Shown here in pieces: positions 56,317-64,000 of a DNA stretch of 64,000 bases. The notes under the pieces were generated by a model that was given only the letters and a program-made list of their open reading frames with translations, ran no database searches and was not told the DNA's origin. A program made the translations under genes and the position numbers. Within the stretch, counting starts at the first letter, position 1; each line of letters starts with the position of its first letter. This DNA is from an uncultured Bifidobacteriaceae bacterium. Lineage in GTDB: Bacteria; Acidobacteriota; Vicinamibacteria; Vicinamibacterales; UBA2999. Location of the stretch: assembly GCA_964372085.1 (NCBI GenBank), contig CAYJPQ010000005.1:27449-91448 (forward strand), read 5' to 3'.

Positions 56317-58086
56317 TCAGCTTGTCACCTTGATGTGCAACTCGCGCAACTGCCGCGGGTCCACCGTCGACGGCGCATCGCACATCAGGTCCACCGCCTG
56401 CGTCGTCTTGGGGAATGGAATCACCTCGCGAATCGAGGTTTCGCCCGACAGGAGCGCGCAGATGCGATCGAGGCCGAGCGCCAGGCCCCCGTGCGGCGGC
56501 GTGCCGTACTCCAGCGATTCGAGGAAGAAGCCAAAGCGGTGCTTGGCGTCCTCGTCGCTCATGCCGAGCAGGCTGAAGACCTTGGCCTGGGTTTCGCGGT
56601 CGTGGATACGGATGCTGCCGCCCCCCAGCTCCCAGCCGTTCAGGATGACGTCGTAGGCCTTCGCCAGCACGTTGCCGGGGTCCGACTCGATCATGTGGAG
56701 GTCTTCTTCGCGCGGCGCCGTGAAGGGATGGTTGACCGAGTCCCACCGCTTCTCGCCGGCGTTCCAGTCGAAAAGCGGGAAGTCGGTGACCCATGTCAGC
56801 TCCCACCGGCCCTCTGGTACCAGGTTCTCTTTCTTCGCCACTTGCAGCCGCAGCTGCCCCAGCATCTTCGACGCCGCGTCGGCGGCTCCTGACGCCAGCA
56901 CGAGCAGATCGTCCTTGCTCGCGCCGGAGGCCTCGAGTACCGCCCGCGCGCCCGCTTCGCCAATTGGCTTGGCCGACACCTGCACGCCGCCCTCGGCCGT
57001 GTGCCGCGCGTACACCAGGCCGGCCGCACCCAGCTGCTTGGCCTGCTCCACCAACTCGTCCACCTCGCGGCGCGAGTACTTCGCCGCGCCGGGGATCACG
57101 AAGCCGCGGATGGTGCCCCCGTGGGCCACCGCCTCGCGGAAGATGCCGAACGGCGACTCGGCAAACAGCGGCCCGAAGTCCTGGATCTCCAGGCCAAAGC
57201 GCAGGTCGGGCTTGTCGGAGCCGTACTTCGCCATGGCCTCGGCATACCTCATGCGCCGGAACGGCCGGGGGATGTCGACGCCGATCTCGCGGAAGCAGGC
57301 GGCCAGCGCGCCCTCGACGATCTCGAACACCAGTGGTGGTGTGGCAAACGACATCTCGAGATCCACCTGAGTGAACTCGAGCTGCCGGTCGGCCCGCAGC
57401 GCCTCGTCGCGGAAGCAGCGCGCGATCTGCACGTAGCGATCGAAGCCGGCGATCATCAGGATCTGCTTGAAGATCTGCGGCGACTGCGGCAGCGCGTAGA
57501 ACTCGCCCGGGTGCACGCGGGCCGGCACCAGGAAGTCGCGCGCGCCTTCGGGGGTGGATTTGGTGAGGATGGGCGTCTCGATTTCGTAGAAGCCCTGCTC
57601 GTCGAAGTACTTCCGAAGCGCCAGCGTGATGCGGTGGCGCAGGCCGATGTTGCGCTGCAGCTGCGGCCGCCGCAGGTCGAGATACCGGTACTTGAGGCGC
57701 GTCTCTTCCGACACGGCCTGGTCCTCGGCGATGTGGAACGGGGGCGTCTTGGCCTCGTTCAGGATGCGCACCTCCCGGGCGCGCACCTCCATCTCGCCGG
57801 TGGGCAGCGCGAGGTTCACCGTATCGGGCGAGCGCAGCTCGGCCTCGCCGAGCACGGCCACCACGAACTCGGACCGCAGCTTCTTGGCGCGGTCGAGCAG
57901 CGCCTCGTCGCCCTCCACGATCACCTGCGTGAGGCCATGACGATCGCGCACGTCGATGAAGAGGAGCGACCCGAGGTCGCGCACCCGGTGCACCCAGCCG
58001 AGCAGGACGACCGCCGCGCCGACGTCGGTCTTGCGGAGGGCGCCACAGGTGTGTGTGCGAGCGAGCGTGCCGAGCTGTTCTGCCAT
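56317..58086 (-). CDS. aspS: aspartate--tRNA ligase
   Basis: N-terminal OB anticodon-binding domain, class II motifs, bacterial insertion domain; 589 aa. Confidence 0.95.
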   Translation of the reverse strand: MAEQLGTLARTHTCGALRKTDVGAAVVLLGWVHRVRDLGSLLFIDVRDRHGLTQVIVEGDEALLDRAKKLRSEFVVAVLGEAELRSPDTVNLALPTGEMEVRAREVRILNEAKTPPFHIAEDQAVSEETRLKYRYLDLRRPQLQRNIGLRHRITLALRKYFDEQGFYEIETPILTKSTPEGARDFLVPARVHPGEFYALPQSPQIFKQILMIAGFDRYVQIARCFRDEALRADRQLEFTQVDLEMSFATPPLVFEIVEGALAACFREIGVDIPRPFRRMRYAEAMAKYGSDKPDLRFGLEIQDFGPLFAESPFGIFREAVAHGGTIRGFVIPGAAKYSRREVDELVEQAKQLGAAGLVYARHTAEGGVQVSAKPIGEAGARAVLEASGASKDDLLVLASGAADAASKMLGQLRLQVAKKENLVPEGRWELTWVTDFPLFDWNAGEKRWDSVNHPFTAPREEDLHMIESDPGNVLAKAYDVILNGWELGGGSIRIHDRETQAKVFSLLGMSDEDAKHRFGFFLESLEYGTPPHGGLALGLDRICALLSGETSIREVIPFPKTTQAVDLMCDAPSTVDPRQLRELHIKVTS

Positions 58087-58089
58087 TGC

Positions 58090-58145
58090 GGATTCAGAGG
58101 TTCAGGGGTTCAGGGGTTCACAGGTTCAGGGGTTCAGAGGTTCGC
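58090..58145 (-). repeat. seven tandem octamers (minus strand (C/G)TGAACCY), same family as 11541-11637
   Basis: ggattcag aggttcag gggttcag gggttcac aggttcag gggttcag aggttcgc; contains the hisS TGA (58134-58136) and ends 3 nt before the aspS ATG. Confidence 0.95.
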
Positions 58146-59495
58146 CGCGATGGCCTTCGCGGCATCCGCTCGAGGTACCGTCGTCTGGGCACCCGTGATC
58201 ATATTCTTGACGTTGACGGTGTCGTTCTCCAGCTCGTCGCCTCCGATGATCGCCACACATGGAATCGCTCGAACATTGGCATATTTCATCTGCTTGTCCC
58301 ACACCTTGGCGCCGTCCTTGGCGGGCGCCTCCGGATAGAGCTCCACGCGCAGGCCGGCCGCGCGCAGTTCGCCCGCAAGCTGCAGGTACAAGTCGGTGCG
58401 GTTCGCAAACCATTGCACCACCATCACGTCGGCCGGCGTGGTGGCCAGCGTGGGCGGGAACATGTTCCGCTCGGCCATCACCACCAGGATGCGCTCGAGG
58501 CCCAACGAGATGCCGCAGGCGGGCACGTCGGCGCCCGAGAACATCCCCACGAGATTGTCGTAGCGGCCGCCGCCACCGAGGCTGCCGGCCAGGTCGGGCA
58601 CGGCAATCTCGAAGATGGCGCCCGTGTAATAGCCCAGCCCGCGCGCCAGGATGGGATCGATGCGAATGTGCGCCTTGGCGCTGGTCACCTGCGAGAGGCG
58701 GAGGATCTCGTCCAGTTGGCCGCACGCCGCCGTCCCTTCAGCCGAGTCAACCACGAAGGCGCGAAGGGCACGAAGCAGGTCATCATTGGATGCGCCCGCG
58801 TTCGACTTCGCCTGAAGCCCAAAGAGCAGGCCGCGCAGCTTCGCGCTCGCCTCGGCGGGAATGGCCCGCTCCGCCATCTCCGCCGCCACGTCGTCCCGGC
58901 TCACCTTGTCGCTCTTGTCGAGCGCCACGAGGGCGGCGGCGTGCAGCGCCGTGTCGACGCCCGCGCAGTTCAGGACGGCTGTCAGCAACTGGCGGTGATT
59001 CAGCCGGATGCGGAAGTCGGTGAAACCCAGGCGCGCCAGCACGTCGGCGGCAGCGGCCAGCAGTTCCGTCTCGACCACCATCGAGGTGGAGCCGATGGCG
59101 TCGACGTCGCACTGGTAGAACTCGCGGAAGCGCCCCTTCTGCGGTCGGTCGGCGCGCCACACCGGCTGCACCTGGTAGCGCTTGAAGAACCTGGGCAGCT
59201 TGGCGCGGTACTCCGCCACCACGCGCGCCAGCGGCACGGTGAGGTCGTAGCGCAACGCCAGGTCGGCCTGCCCCGTCTCGGCGCCCTCACCGCGCTTCAG
59301 GATCTTGAAGATGAGCCGGTCGCCCTCTTCGCCGTACTTCCCCAGCAGCGTCTCGATGTTCTCGACGGCGGGCGTCTCGAGGGGCTCGAAGCCGTAGCGC
59401 TCGTACACGTCGGCGATGACGCCAATCACGAACTGGCGCCGGCGGACGTCTTCGGAAAGGAAGTCGCGCATCCCGCGCGCTGGACCGGTATTCAC
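58134..59495 (-). CDS. hisS: histidine--tRNA ligase
   Basis: ARGMRDFLSED N-terminal motif, class II core; ORF trimmed to GTG at 59495 (GAGG 9 nt upstream); start moderately uncertain. Confidence 0.88.
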   Translation of the reverse strand: MNTGPARGMRDFLSEDVRRRQFVIGVIADVYERYGFEPLETPAVENIETLLGKYGEEGDRLIFKILKRGEGAETGQADLALRYDLTVPLARVVAEYRAKLPRFFKRYQVQPVWRADRPQKGRFREFYQCDVDAIGSTSMVVETELLAAAADVLARLGFTDFRIRLNHRQLLTAVLNCAGVDTALHAAALVALDKSDKVSRDDVAAEMAERAIPAEASAKLRGLLFGLQAKSNAGASNDDLLRALRAFVVDSAEGTAACGQLDEILRLSQVTSAKAHIRIDPILARGLGYYTGAIFEIAVPDLAGSLGGGGRYDNLVGMFSGADVPACGISLGLERILVVMAERNMFPPTLATTPADVMVVQWFANRTDLYLQLAGELRAAGLRVELYPEAPAKDGAKVWDKQMKYANVRAIPCVAIIGGDELENDTVNVKNMITGAQTTVPRADAAKAIAANL

Positions 59496-59515
59496 CGCCT
59501 CGACCTCTCGGCAAT

Positions 59516-59543
59516 CCAAGCCCTGAGCCCCAAGCCGTAAGCC
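59516..59543. repeat. four tandem heptamers NNRAGCC
   Basis: ccaagcc ctgagcc ccaagcc gtaagcc between the dcd stop and the hisS start. Confidence 0.9.
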
Positions 59544-59545
59544 AT

Positions 59546-60100
59546 CTAGATCTTTGGCAGGGTCACGCCCCGCTGCGACTGGTATTTGCCCTTCTTGTCC
59601 TTGTACGAGACTTCGCACGCCTCGTCGCTCTGGAAGAAGAGCACCTGGGCGATGCCCTCGTTGGCGTAGATCTTCGCCGGGAGCGGCGTCGTGTTGGAGA
59701 TCTCGATCGTCACGTGCCCTTCCCACTCGGGCTCGAAGGGCGTGACGTTGACGATGATGCCGCACCGTGCGTAGGTGGACTTGCCCAGGCACACGGTGAG
59801 CACGTCGCGCGGGATGCGGAAGTACTCCACGGTCGAGGCCAGCGCGAACGAATTCGGCGGCACGATGCAGACGTCGGCCGTGATGTCGACAAACGACTGC
59901 GGGTCGAAGTTCTTGGGGTCCACCACCGTGTTGTAGACGTTGGTGAACACCTTGAACTCGTTGCCCACGCGGCAGTCGTAGCCGTACGACGAGACGCCGT
60001 ACGACACCACGCCCGCGCGCACCTGCCGGTCCTCGAACGGCTCAATCATGCCGTGCTCGAGGGCCATCTTCCGAATCCACCTGTCCGGCTTGATCGACAC
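59546..60100 (-). CDS. dcd: dCTP deaminase
   Basis: [23 protein letters not shown]-terminus (GTG start); ORF trimmed from 60298. Confidence 0.92.
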   Translation of the reverse strand: MSIKPDRWIRKMALEHGMIEPFEDRQVRAGVVSYGVSSYGYDCRVGNEFKVFTNVYNTVVDPKNFDPQSFVDITADVCIVPPNSFALASTVEYFRIPRDVLTVCLGKSTYARCGIIVNVTPFEPEWEGHVTIEISNTTPLPAKIYANEGIAQVLFFQSDEACEVSYKDKKGKYQSQRGVTLPKI

Positions 60101-60102
60101 GC

Positions 60103-60516
60103 CTACCGGAGCTCCAGGCCCCGGAAGAAGTAGCCCAGCTCGAAGGCCGCCGTCCCGGGCGCGTCCGAACCGTGCGTGGCGTTGTTGTCGATGGAGGCGC
60201 CGAAGTCCTTGCGCAGCGTGCCGGGGACCGCCTTGGCCGGATCGGTGGCGCCCATCAGGTCGCGCCACTTCTTGATGGCATCCGGCGCCTCGAGGCACAG
60301 CACGATGCAGGGACCCGACGACATGAAGTCGGTGAGCCCGCCGAAGAAGGGCCGTTCCTTATGGACGTCATAGAAGCCCTCGGCCTCGCCCTTGCTCATG
60401 TGGATCATGCGCATCGCGCGCACGCGGAAACCGGCGCCCTCGATGCGGGCCAGGATCTGCCCGGCCGACTGCTGCTTCACGGCATCTGGTTTGATGATGG
60501 CAAACGTTCGTTCCAT
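60103..60516 (-). CDS. ndk: nucleoside-diphosphate kinase
   Basis: [13 protein letters not shown] and active-site NATHGSD. Confidence 0.95.
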   Translation of the reverse strand: MERTFAIIKPDAVKQQSAGQILARIEGAGFRVRAMRMIHMSKGEAEGFYDVHKERPFFGGLTDFMSSGPCIVLCLEAPDAIKKWRDLMGATDPAKAVPGTLRKDFGASIDNNATHGSDAPGTAAFELGYFFRGLELR

Positions 60517-60525
60517 GTCCGATCA

Positions 60526-60531
60526 ATTATA
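60526..60531 (-). promoter_or_regulatory. candidate -10 box TATAAT 9 nt upstream of ndk ATG
   Basis: minus strand ttaacgTATAATtgatcggacATG, immediately downstream of the 9-mer array. Confidence 0.4.
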
Positions 60532-60536
60532 CGTTA

Positions 60537-60563
60537 ACCACGAAGAACACGAAGGTCACGAAG
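60537..60563. repeat. three tandem NNCACGAAG 9-mers
   Basis: accacgaag aacacgaag gtcacgaag between the pheA stop and the ndk promoter. Confidence 0.9.
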
Positions 60564-60565
60564 GG

Positions 60566-61711
60566 TCATCCTCGGGGGAGTTCCCGCGCCGGGTAGCAGC
60601 CCAACACCTTCAGGAACACCGTCCGGGCGGCCAGGCCCGCCAGCGCCGCCTGCATCCGGGGCTCGCCCACGTGCCCTTCCACATCCAGGTAGAACACGTA
60701 TTCCCACGGTGTGCCCGGGCGCGGCCGCGACTCGAGCTTGGTGAGGTTCAGCCCCTCATTGGCGATCACGTTCAGGCAGCGAACCAGGGCGCCGTGGTCG
60801 TGGCGCGTGGCCAGCACCAGCGACACCCGGGCCGCGATGCGCGGGTCGCACTCGATCGGGCTGGCCGACACCACCACGAACCGCGTGTAGTTCTCGGGCT
60901 GGTTGGCGATGTTGCGCTGCAGGAGGTGCAGGCCGAAGTGCGCCCCGGCCTCTTCGCTGGCGATGGCCGCCTGGGCGGGGTCGCCCAGGCCGGCCACCAG
61001 TTGCGCGGCCAGCGCCGTGTTGGCGGCCGCCACGCCCTCGCAGTTGGCAAGCGCGGCCAGGAACTCACTGCACTGGGCCAGCGCCTGGGGGTGCGAATGA
61101 ATGCGCCGGATCGACTCAACCGGGACATCGGCGGCGCCGAGCAGGCAGTGGCGCACGTCCACCACTTCCTCCCCCACCAGCGACAAGTTGTAGCGCAGCA
61201 GCAGGTCGTACGACTCGTAGACCGACCCGGCCGTCGTGTTCTCGATCGGCAGCACCCCCCGGTCGGCGTGTCCGTCGATCACGGCCTCCAGCATCGTCCT
61301 GAACGTGGGATACGCCTTGAGGGTCACCGGGCGACCAGAGACGCTGAAGTGCCGGCACGCCGCCTGGTGGCCATAGGCACCCTCGGTGCCCTGGTACGCC
61401 ACCCGCAACTCCCGCTGCTCATCGTCGGGATCCGCCTGCAGGACATCGTGCTGACGACGCACCGAGTCGTCCAGGATTTCGCGGAAGATGCGGCGCACGA
61501 ACCCCGGATCGAGGCCCACACGCTCGCCCAGGGCCGAGCGGTGCTGCAGCAGCGCCGTCTCGCGATCGTTGTCGCGCACGGGGCCATCAACGTCGGCCTT
61601 GACCGCCGCAATCTCCCGCGCCAGCCGCGCCCGCTCCCCAAGCGCGTTCACCATCACCGCGTCGATGTCGTCGAGCCGCTTCCGAAGCCCCGCCAGGTTG
61701 TCATGAGTCAT
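60566..61711 (-). CDS. pheA: bifunctional chorismate mutase/prephenate dehydratase (P-protein)
   Basis: N-terminal CM helix LRKRLDDIDAVMVNALGERARLAREI, PDT domain with TRF motif (ENYTRFVVV), ACT domain (LTKLESRP); ORF trimmed from 61909. Confidence 0.9.
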   Translation of the reverse strand: MTHDNLAGLRKRLDDIDAVMVNALGERARLAREIAAVKADVDGPVRDNDRETALLQHRSALGERVGLDPGFVRRIFREILDDSVRRQHDVLQADPDDEQRELRVAYQGTEGAYGHQAACRHFSVSGRPVTLKAYPTFRTMLEAVIDGHADRGVLPIENTTAGSVYESYDLLLRYNLSLVGEEVVDVRHCLLGAADVPVESIRRIHSHPQALAQCSEFLAALANCEGVAAANTALAAQLVAGLGDPAQAAIASEEAGAHFGLHLLQRNIANQPENYTRFVVVSASPIECDPRIAARVSLVLATRHDHGALVRCLNVIANEGLNLTKLESRPRPGTPWEYVFYLDVEGHVGEPRMQAALAGLAARTVFLKVLGCYPARELPRG

Positions 61712-61724
61712 TGGTGTTGTCCCG

Positions 61725-61777
61725 ATCTGTATCTGTTGTGTTGTATCTGTGTTTAATCTGTGGCCCATCTGTGGCCC
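61725..61777. repeat. five ATCTGT-core repeats, the last two as 11-mers ATCTGTGGCCC
   Basis: Directly upstream of the pheA start; reverse complement CACAGAT matches the core of the 37575-37601 array. Confidence 0.85.
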
Positions 61778-61820
61778 AATAAAGACAAACCGCCGCCCCA
61801 GAGTGTTCTGAGGCGGCGGT
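61778..61820 (-). terminator. Rho-independent terminator of the Cys-rich protein gene
   Basis: Minus strand ACCGCCGCCTCAG-aacact-CTGGGGCGGCGGT followed by TTTGTCTTTATT. Confidence 0.7.
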
Positions 61821-61948
61821 CGGTGTTCCGTGAATCCGGTGTTATGCGGTTCGGACCTAGACCCCTGCCTCCCCGGCAAAGAAGCCGGTAGAGCTCGTAA
61901 ACGAGGCAAAGGTCCGGGCCGCGCGAATCATGAGTGGCGGAGTATACC

Positions 61949-62878
61949 TCAGATGAAATCCCCGCCGCCATTGATGGTGCCGCGGACGGAGGAGTGCTCG
62001 GAACTGACGCGATAGCGCAGCATTTCTGCCGGCCATTGCCCGTTCGGAGGGAAGTACATGGCCTTGCCGGCAGGGAAGCCTCCGCCCAGGGCAATCGATT
62101 CGGCGATGTGCACGGCATCATCGGCCGCAAAGCCCATCGCGCGCAAGCGCTCATAGGCCTTGTCCTGTGCCGACCCGTAGGCGAGCTCTTCGTTCGGCGT
62201 CTTGAAGCCGCGTTCGATCAGGCGCAACCACCCCGCTAGGTCGTCGGCCAGCCTCAGCCGTTCACCATTCGCCTTGACGACCCACAGGTGGCCCTGACCA
62301 CCGGAGACCACGGCAAAGGCCCCCTTCATCTCGCTCAACTTCCCCTGGACTTCGTCGAGGGCCCTCGTCCGGCGCCAGTTGTCGTAATCCTCCGGCGACA
62401 TGCCCACATCACGTGTGTCGCTCCGCGGCTCCAGCTCAGCAGGCGTCAACATGCGCTTCGGCGCCGTCGACGCGGTGGGTGCCGTCGGGCCCTTGGGGCA
62501 CGCGGCCAGGCAGACATCACGGTCGTGGGCTCGATTGTCGATGTCGTTGGCGTAGCAGCAGGGCTGCAGCGCCGCTCTGCACTTCGCCTTGCACTCAAAG
62601 GAGCCGCAATTACCGTCACAATCGAGGAAGGTGACCAAGCACGCATTTGCCGTGTTCGGGGTCTTCCAGGGGGCCGGACAATCCCCAGAGCCCATGGCTA
62701 CGTAGTAATCCTTGCCGCTGAGTTTGGCGTCAGCCGCCCTCATGTCCCGGTCGTACACCTGCTGGCACTTCGCGGCGCAGGCGGCGTCCACTCCGGCGGA
62801 CGCTTGTTGAGCGGTTGCGGGGGCAGCAAGCACGCAAGAGAGCAAAGTAAGCACGACGAGGCGAGGGGAAGCCCGCAT
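61949..62878 (-). CDS. orphan secreted protein with N-terminal Cys-rich domain
   Basis: AGGAGG 6 nt before ATG 62878; signal MRASPRLVVLTLLSCVLAAPATAQ; 12 Cys within ~95 mature residues, Cys-free C-terminal ~170 aa; no recognisable family. Confidence 0.65.
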   Translation of the reverse strand: MRASPRLVVLTLLSCVLAAPATAQQASAGVDAACAAKCQQVYDRDMRAADAKLSGKDYYVAMGSGDCPAPWKTPNTANACLVTFLDCDGNCGSFECKAKCRAALQPCCYANDIDNRAHDRDVCLAACPKGPTAPTASTAPKRMLTPAELEPRSDTRDVGMSPEDYDNWRRTRALDEVQGKLSEMKGAFAVVSGGQGHLWVVKANGERLRLADDLAGWLRLIERGFKTPNEELAYGSAQDKAYERLRAMGFAADDAVHIAESIALGGGFPAGKAMYFPPNGQWPAEMLRYRVSSEHSSVRGTINGGGDFI

Positions 62879-62928
62879 AACCACCTCCTGGGGCCTTAGG
62901 CGGACACACCTCGGGCCAGCCCAGGAAG

Positions 62929-62944
62929 TGCGAAAGGCGTGCCA
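62929..62944 (-). promoter_or_regulatory. sigma-54 (-24/-12) promoter candidate
   Basis: Minus strand TGGCACGCCTTTCGCA matches TGGCAC-N5-TTGCA at 10 of 11 positions with exact GG-N10-GC spacing; -24 box lies within the palindrome AGGCGTGCC-N4-GGCACGCCT (62935-62956). Confidence 0.6.
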
Positions 62945-63004
62945 GTGGGCACGCCTCTCTTCATTCAGGATTCGTGGTGAGGCCGCCGGCGACCCGCCGG
63001 AAAC

Positions 63005-63880
63005 CTAGCGCTTCATCGCTGCCACCAGCGCCTCGCCCATGTCGGCGGGGCTCTTCACCACCTTCACCCCGGCGGCGGTGAGCGCAGCCATCTTTTCGCC
63101 CGCCGTGCCCTTGCCGCCCGCGATGATGGCCCCCGCATGGCCCATGCGGCGGCCTGGAGGCGCTGTCTGGCCCGCGATGAACGCCACCACCGGCTTGGTG
63201 AAGTGGCCCTTGATCCACGCCGCGGCTTCCTCCTCGGCGGATCCACCAATCTCACCGATCATGATCACGGCGTCGGTCTCGGGGTCGTCCTGGAAGAGGC
63301 CGAGCGCGTCGATGTGGGTGGTGCCGATCAGCGGGTCGCCGCCGATGCCGATGCACGTGCTCTGCCCCAGGCCGAGCCGCGTGATCTGGTCGATGGCCTC
63401 GTAGGTGAGTGTGCCGCTCTTCGACACGATGCCGATGCGGCCTTCCTTGCAGATGTTGGCCGGGATGATGCCCGCCTTGCCCTTGCCGGGCGAGATGATG
63501 CCGGGGCAGTTGGGACCGATGAGCCGCGTCTTCGGGAAGTCCTTGAGGAAGGTCATGGCCTTCAACATGTCCACCACCGGGATGCCCTCGGTGATGCACA
63601 CCACCAGGCCGATGCCGGCCTCGGCGGCTTCCATGATGGCGTCGGCGGCAAACGGCGGCGGCACGAAGATCACCGACGCGTTGGCGCCCGTGTTCGTCAC
63701 CGCGTCGGCCACGGTGTTGAACACCGGCCAGCCCTCGTGGGTGGCGCCGCCCTTGCCCGGCGTCACGCCGCCCACGACCGTGGTGTGGTACGCGGCGGCG
63801 GCCTTGGCGTGGAACGTGCCCTCGCGGCCGGTGATGCCCTGGACGATCAGTCGCGTGTTCGTGTCGAGCAGGACGGCCAT
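63005..63880 (-). CDS. sucD: succinate--CoA ligase subunit alpha
   Basis: [25 protein letters not shown]-terminus and phosphohistidine loop MGHAGAII. Confidence 0.95.
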   Translation of the reverse strand: MAVLLDTNTRLIVQGITGREGTFHAKAAAAYHTTVVGGVTPGKGGATHEGWPVFNTVADAVTNTGANASVIFVPPPFAADAIMEAAEAGIGLVVCITEGIPVVDMLKAMTFLKDFPKTRLIGPNCPGIISPGKGKAGIIPANICKEGRIGIVSKSGTLTYEAIDQITRLGLGQSTCIGIGGDPLIGTTHIDALGLFQDDPETDAVIMIGEIGGSAEEEAAAWIKGHFTKPVVAFIAGQTAPPGRRMGHAGAIIAGGKGTAGEKMAALTAAGVKVVKSPADMGEALVAAMKR

Positions 63881-64000
63881 TACTTCCCCTTCGCCAGCGC
63901 CACGACCCTGTCGGCCGCTTCGCCCATGGTATCGGCGGTGGTGAAGTTCAACCCGCTCTCCGCCAGCATCGTCTTGCCCTCGTCCACGTTGGTGCCCTTC
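63880..64000 (-). CDS. sucC: succinate--CoA ligase subunit beta (C-terminal fragment; 5' end outside window)
   Basis: Minus-strand translation [39 protein letters not shown]-stop; TAATG overlap with the sucD start. Confidence 0.85.
   Translation of the reverse strand, partial: KGTNVDEGKTMLAESGLNFTTADTMGEAADRVVALAKGK

Overview
High-G+C, very tightly packed chromosomal segment from a diderm bacterium. The gene content (VWFA-type secreted protein, BamD, MlaFED, ECF/TPR modules, GT-C glycosyltransferases) suggests an Acidobacteriota-like lineage, but that is inference only.

I can support about 60 protein genes and 2 tRNAs, almost all housekeeping:
- aroC-def-fmt-rsmB, then rpe
- bamD, pgsA, and a sugar-nucleotide/phosphomannomutase pair
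- rpiB-deoC, hpt, upp
- VWA-uvrB-mlaEFD
- greA, rarA
- a long minus-strand run: mutL, corA, ppdK, glyS, glyQ, recO, mgtE, era, corC-like, ybeY, phoH, aspS, hisS, dcd, ndk, pheA
- sucD and sucC at the right edge

Many neighbouring genes overlap by 1 or 4 nt (ATGA, GTGA, TGATG), which implies translational coupling.

I see no transposase, integrase, CRISPR array, or recognisable defence or toxin locus, so I cannot point to a novel multi-gene system. Several ORF-track ORFs needed 5' trimming. The many long ORFs antisense to real genes are GC-content artefacts.

Most of what stands out is non-coding:
1. Two near-consensus sigma-54 promoters sit in intergenic DNA. One is in a 580-bp gap before tRNA-Gly. 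The other drives an orphan Cys-rich secreted protein. A sigma-54 activator gene is also present in the window.
2. Several families of 7-13 bp tandem repeat arrays fill intergenic spacers. Copies have been absorbed into coding sequence: the ppdK N-terminus, the mutL linker, ybeY, the glyQ tail and the hisS stop codon.
3. A REP-like hairpin occurs at two loci.
4. A 138-nt branched palindrome lies between the patatin-like gene and the Cys/Met PLP enzyme gene.
5. -10-like boxes sit only 7-12 nt upstream of the start codon of several operon-first genes, which would give leaderless or near-leaderless mRNAs.

Protein-level oddities:
- RpiB and DeoC both carry N-terminal extensions.
- A patatin-like protein lacks its nucleophile serine.
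- The sigma-54 activator is co-transcribed with an orphan permease pair.

All functional calls rest on motif recognition by eye. No database search was run.
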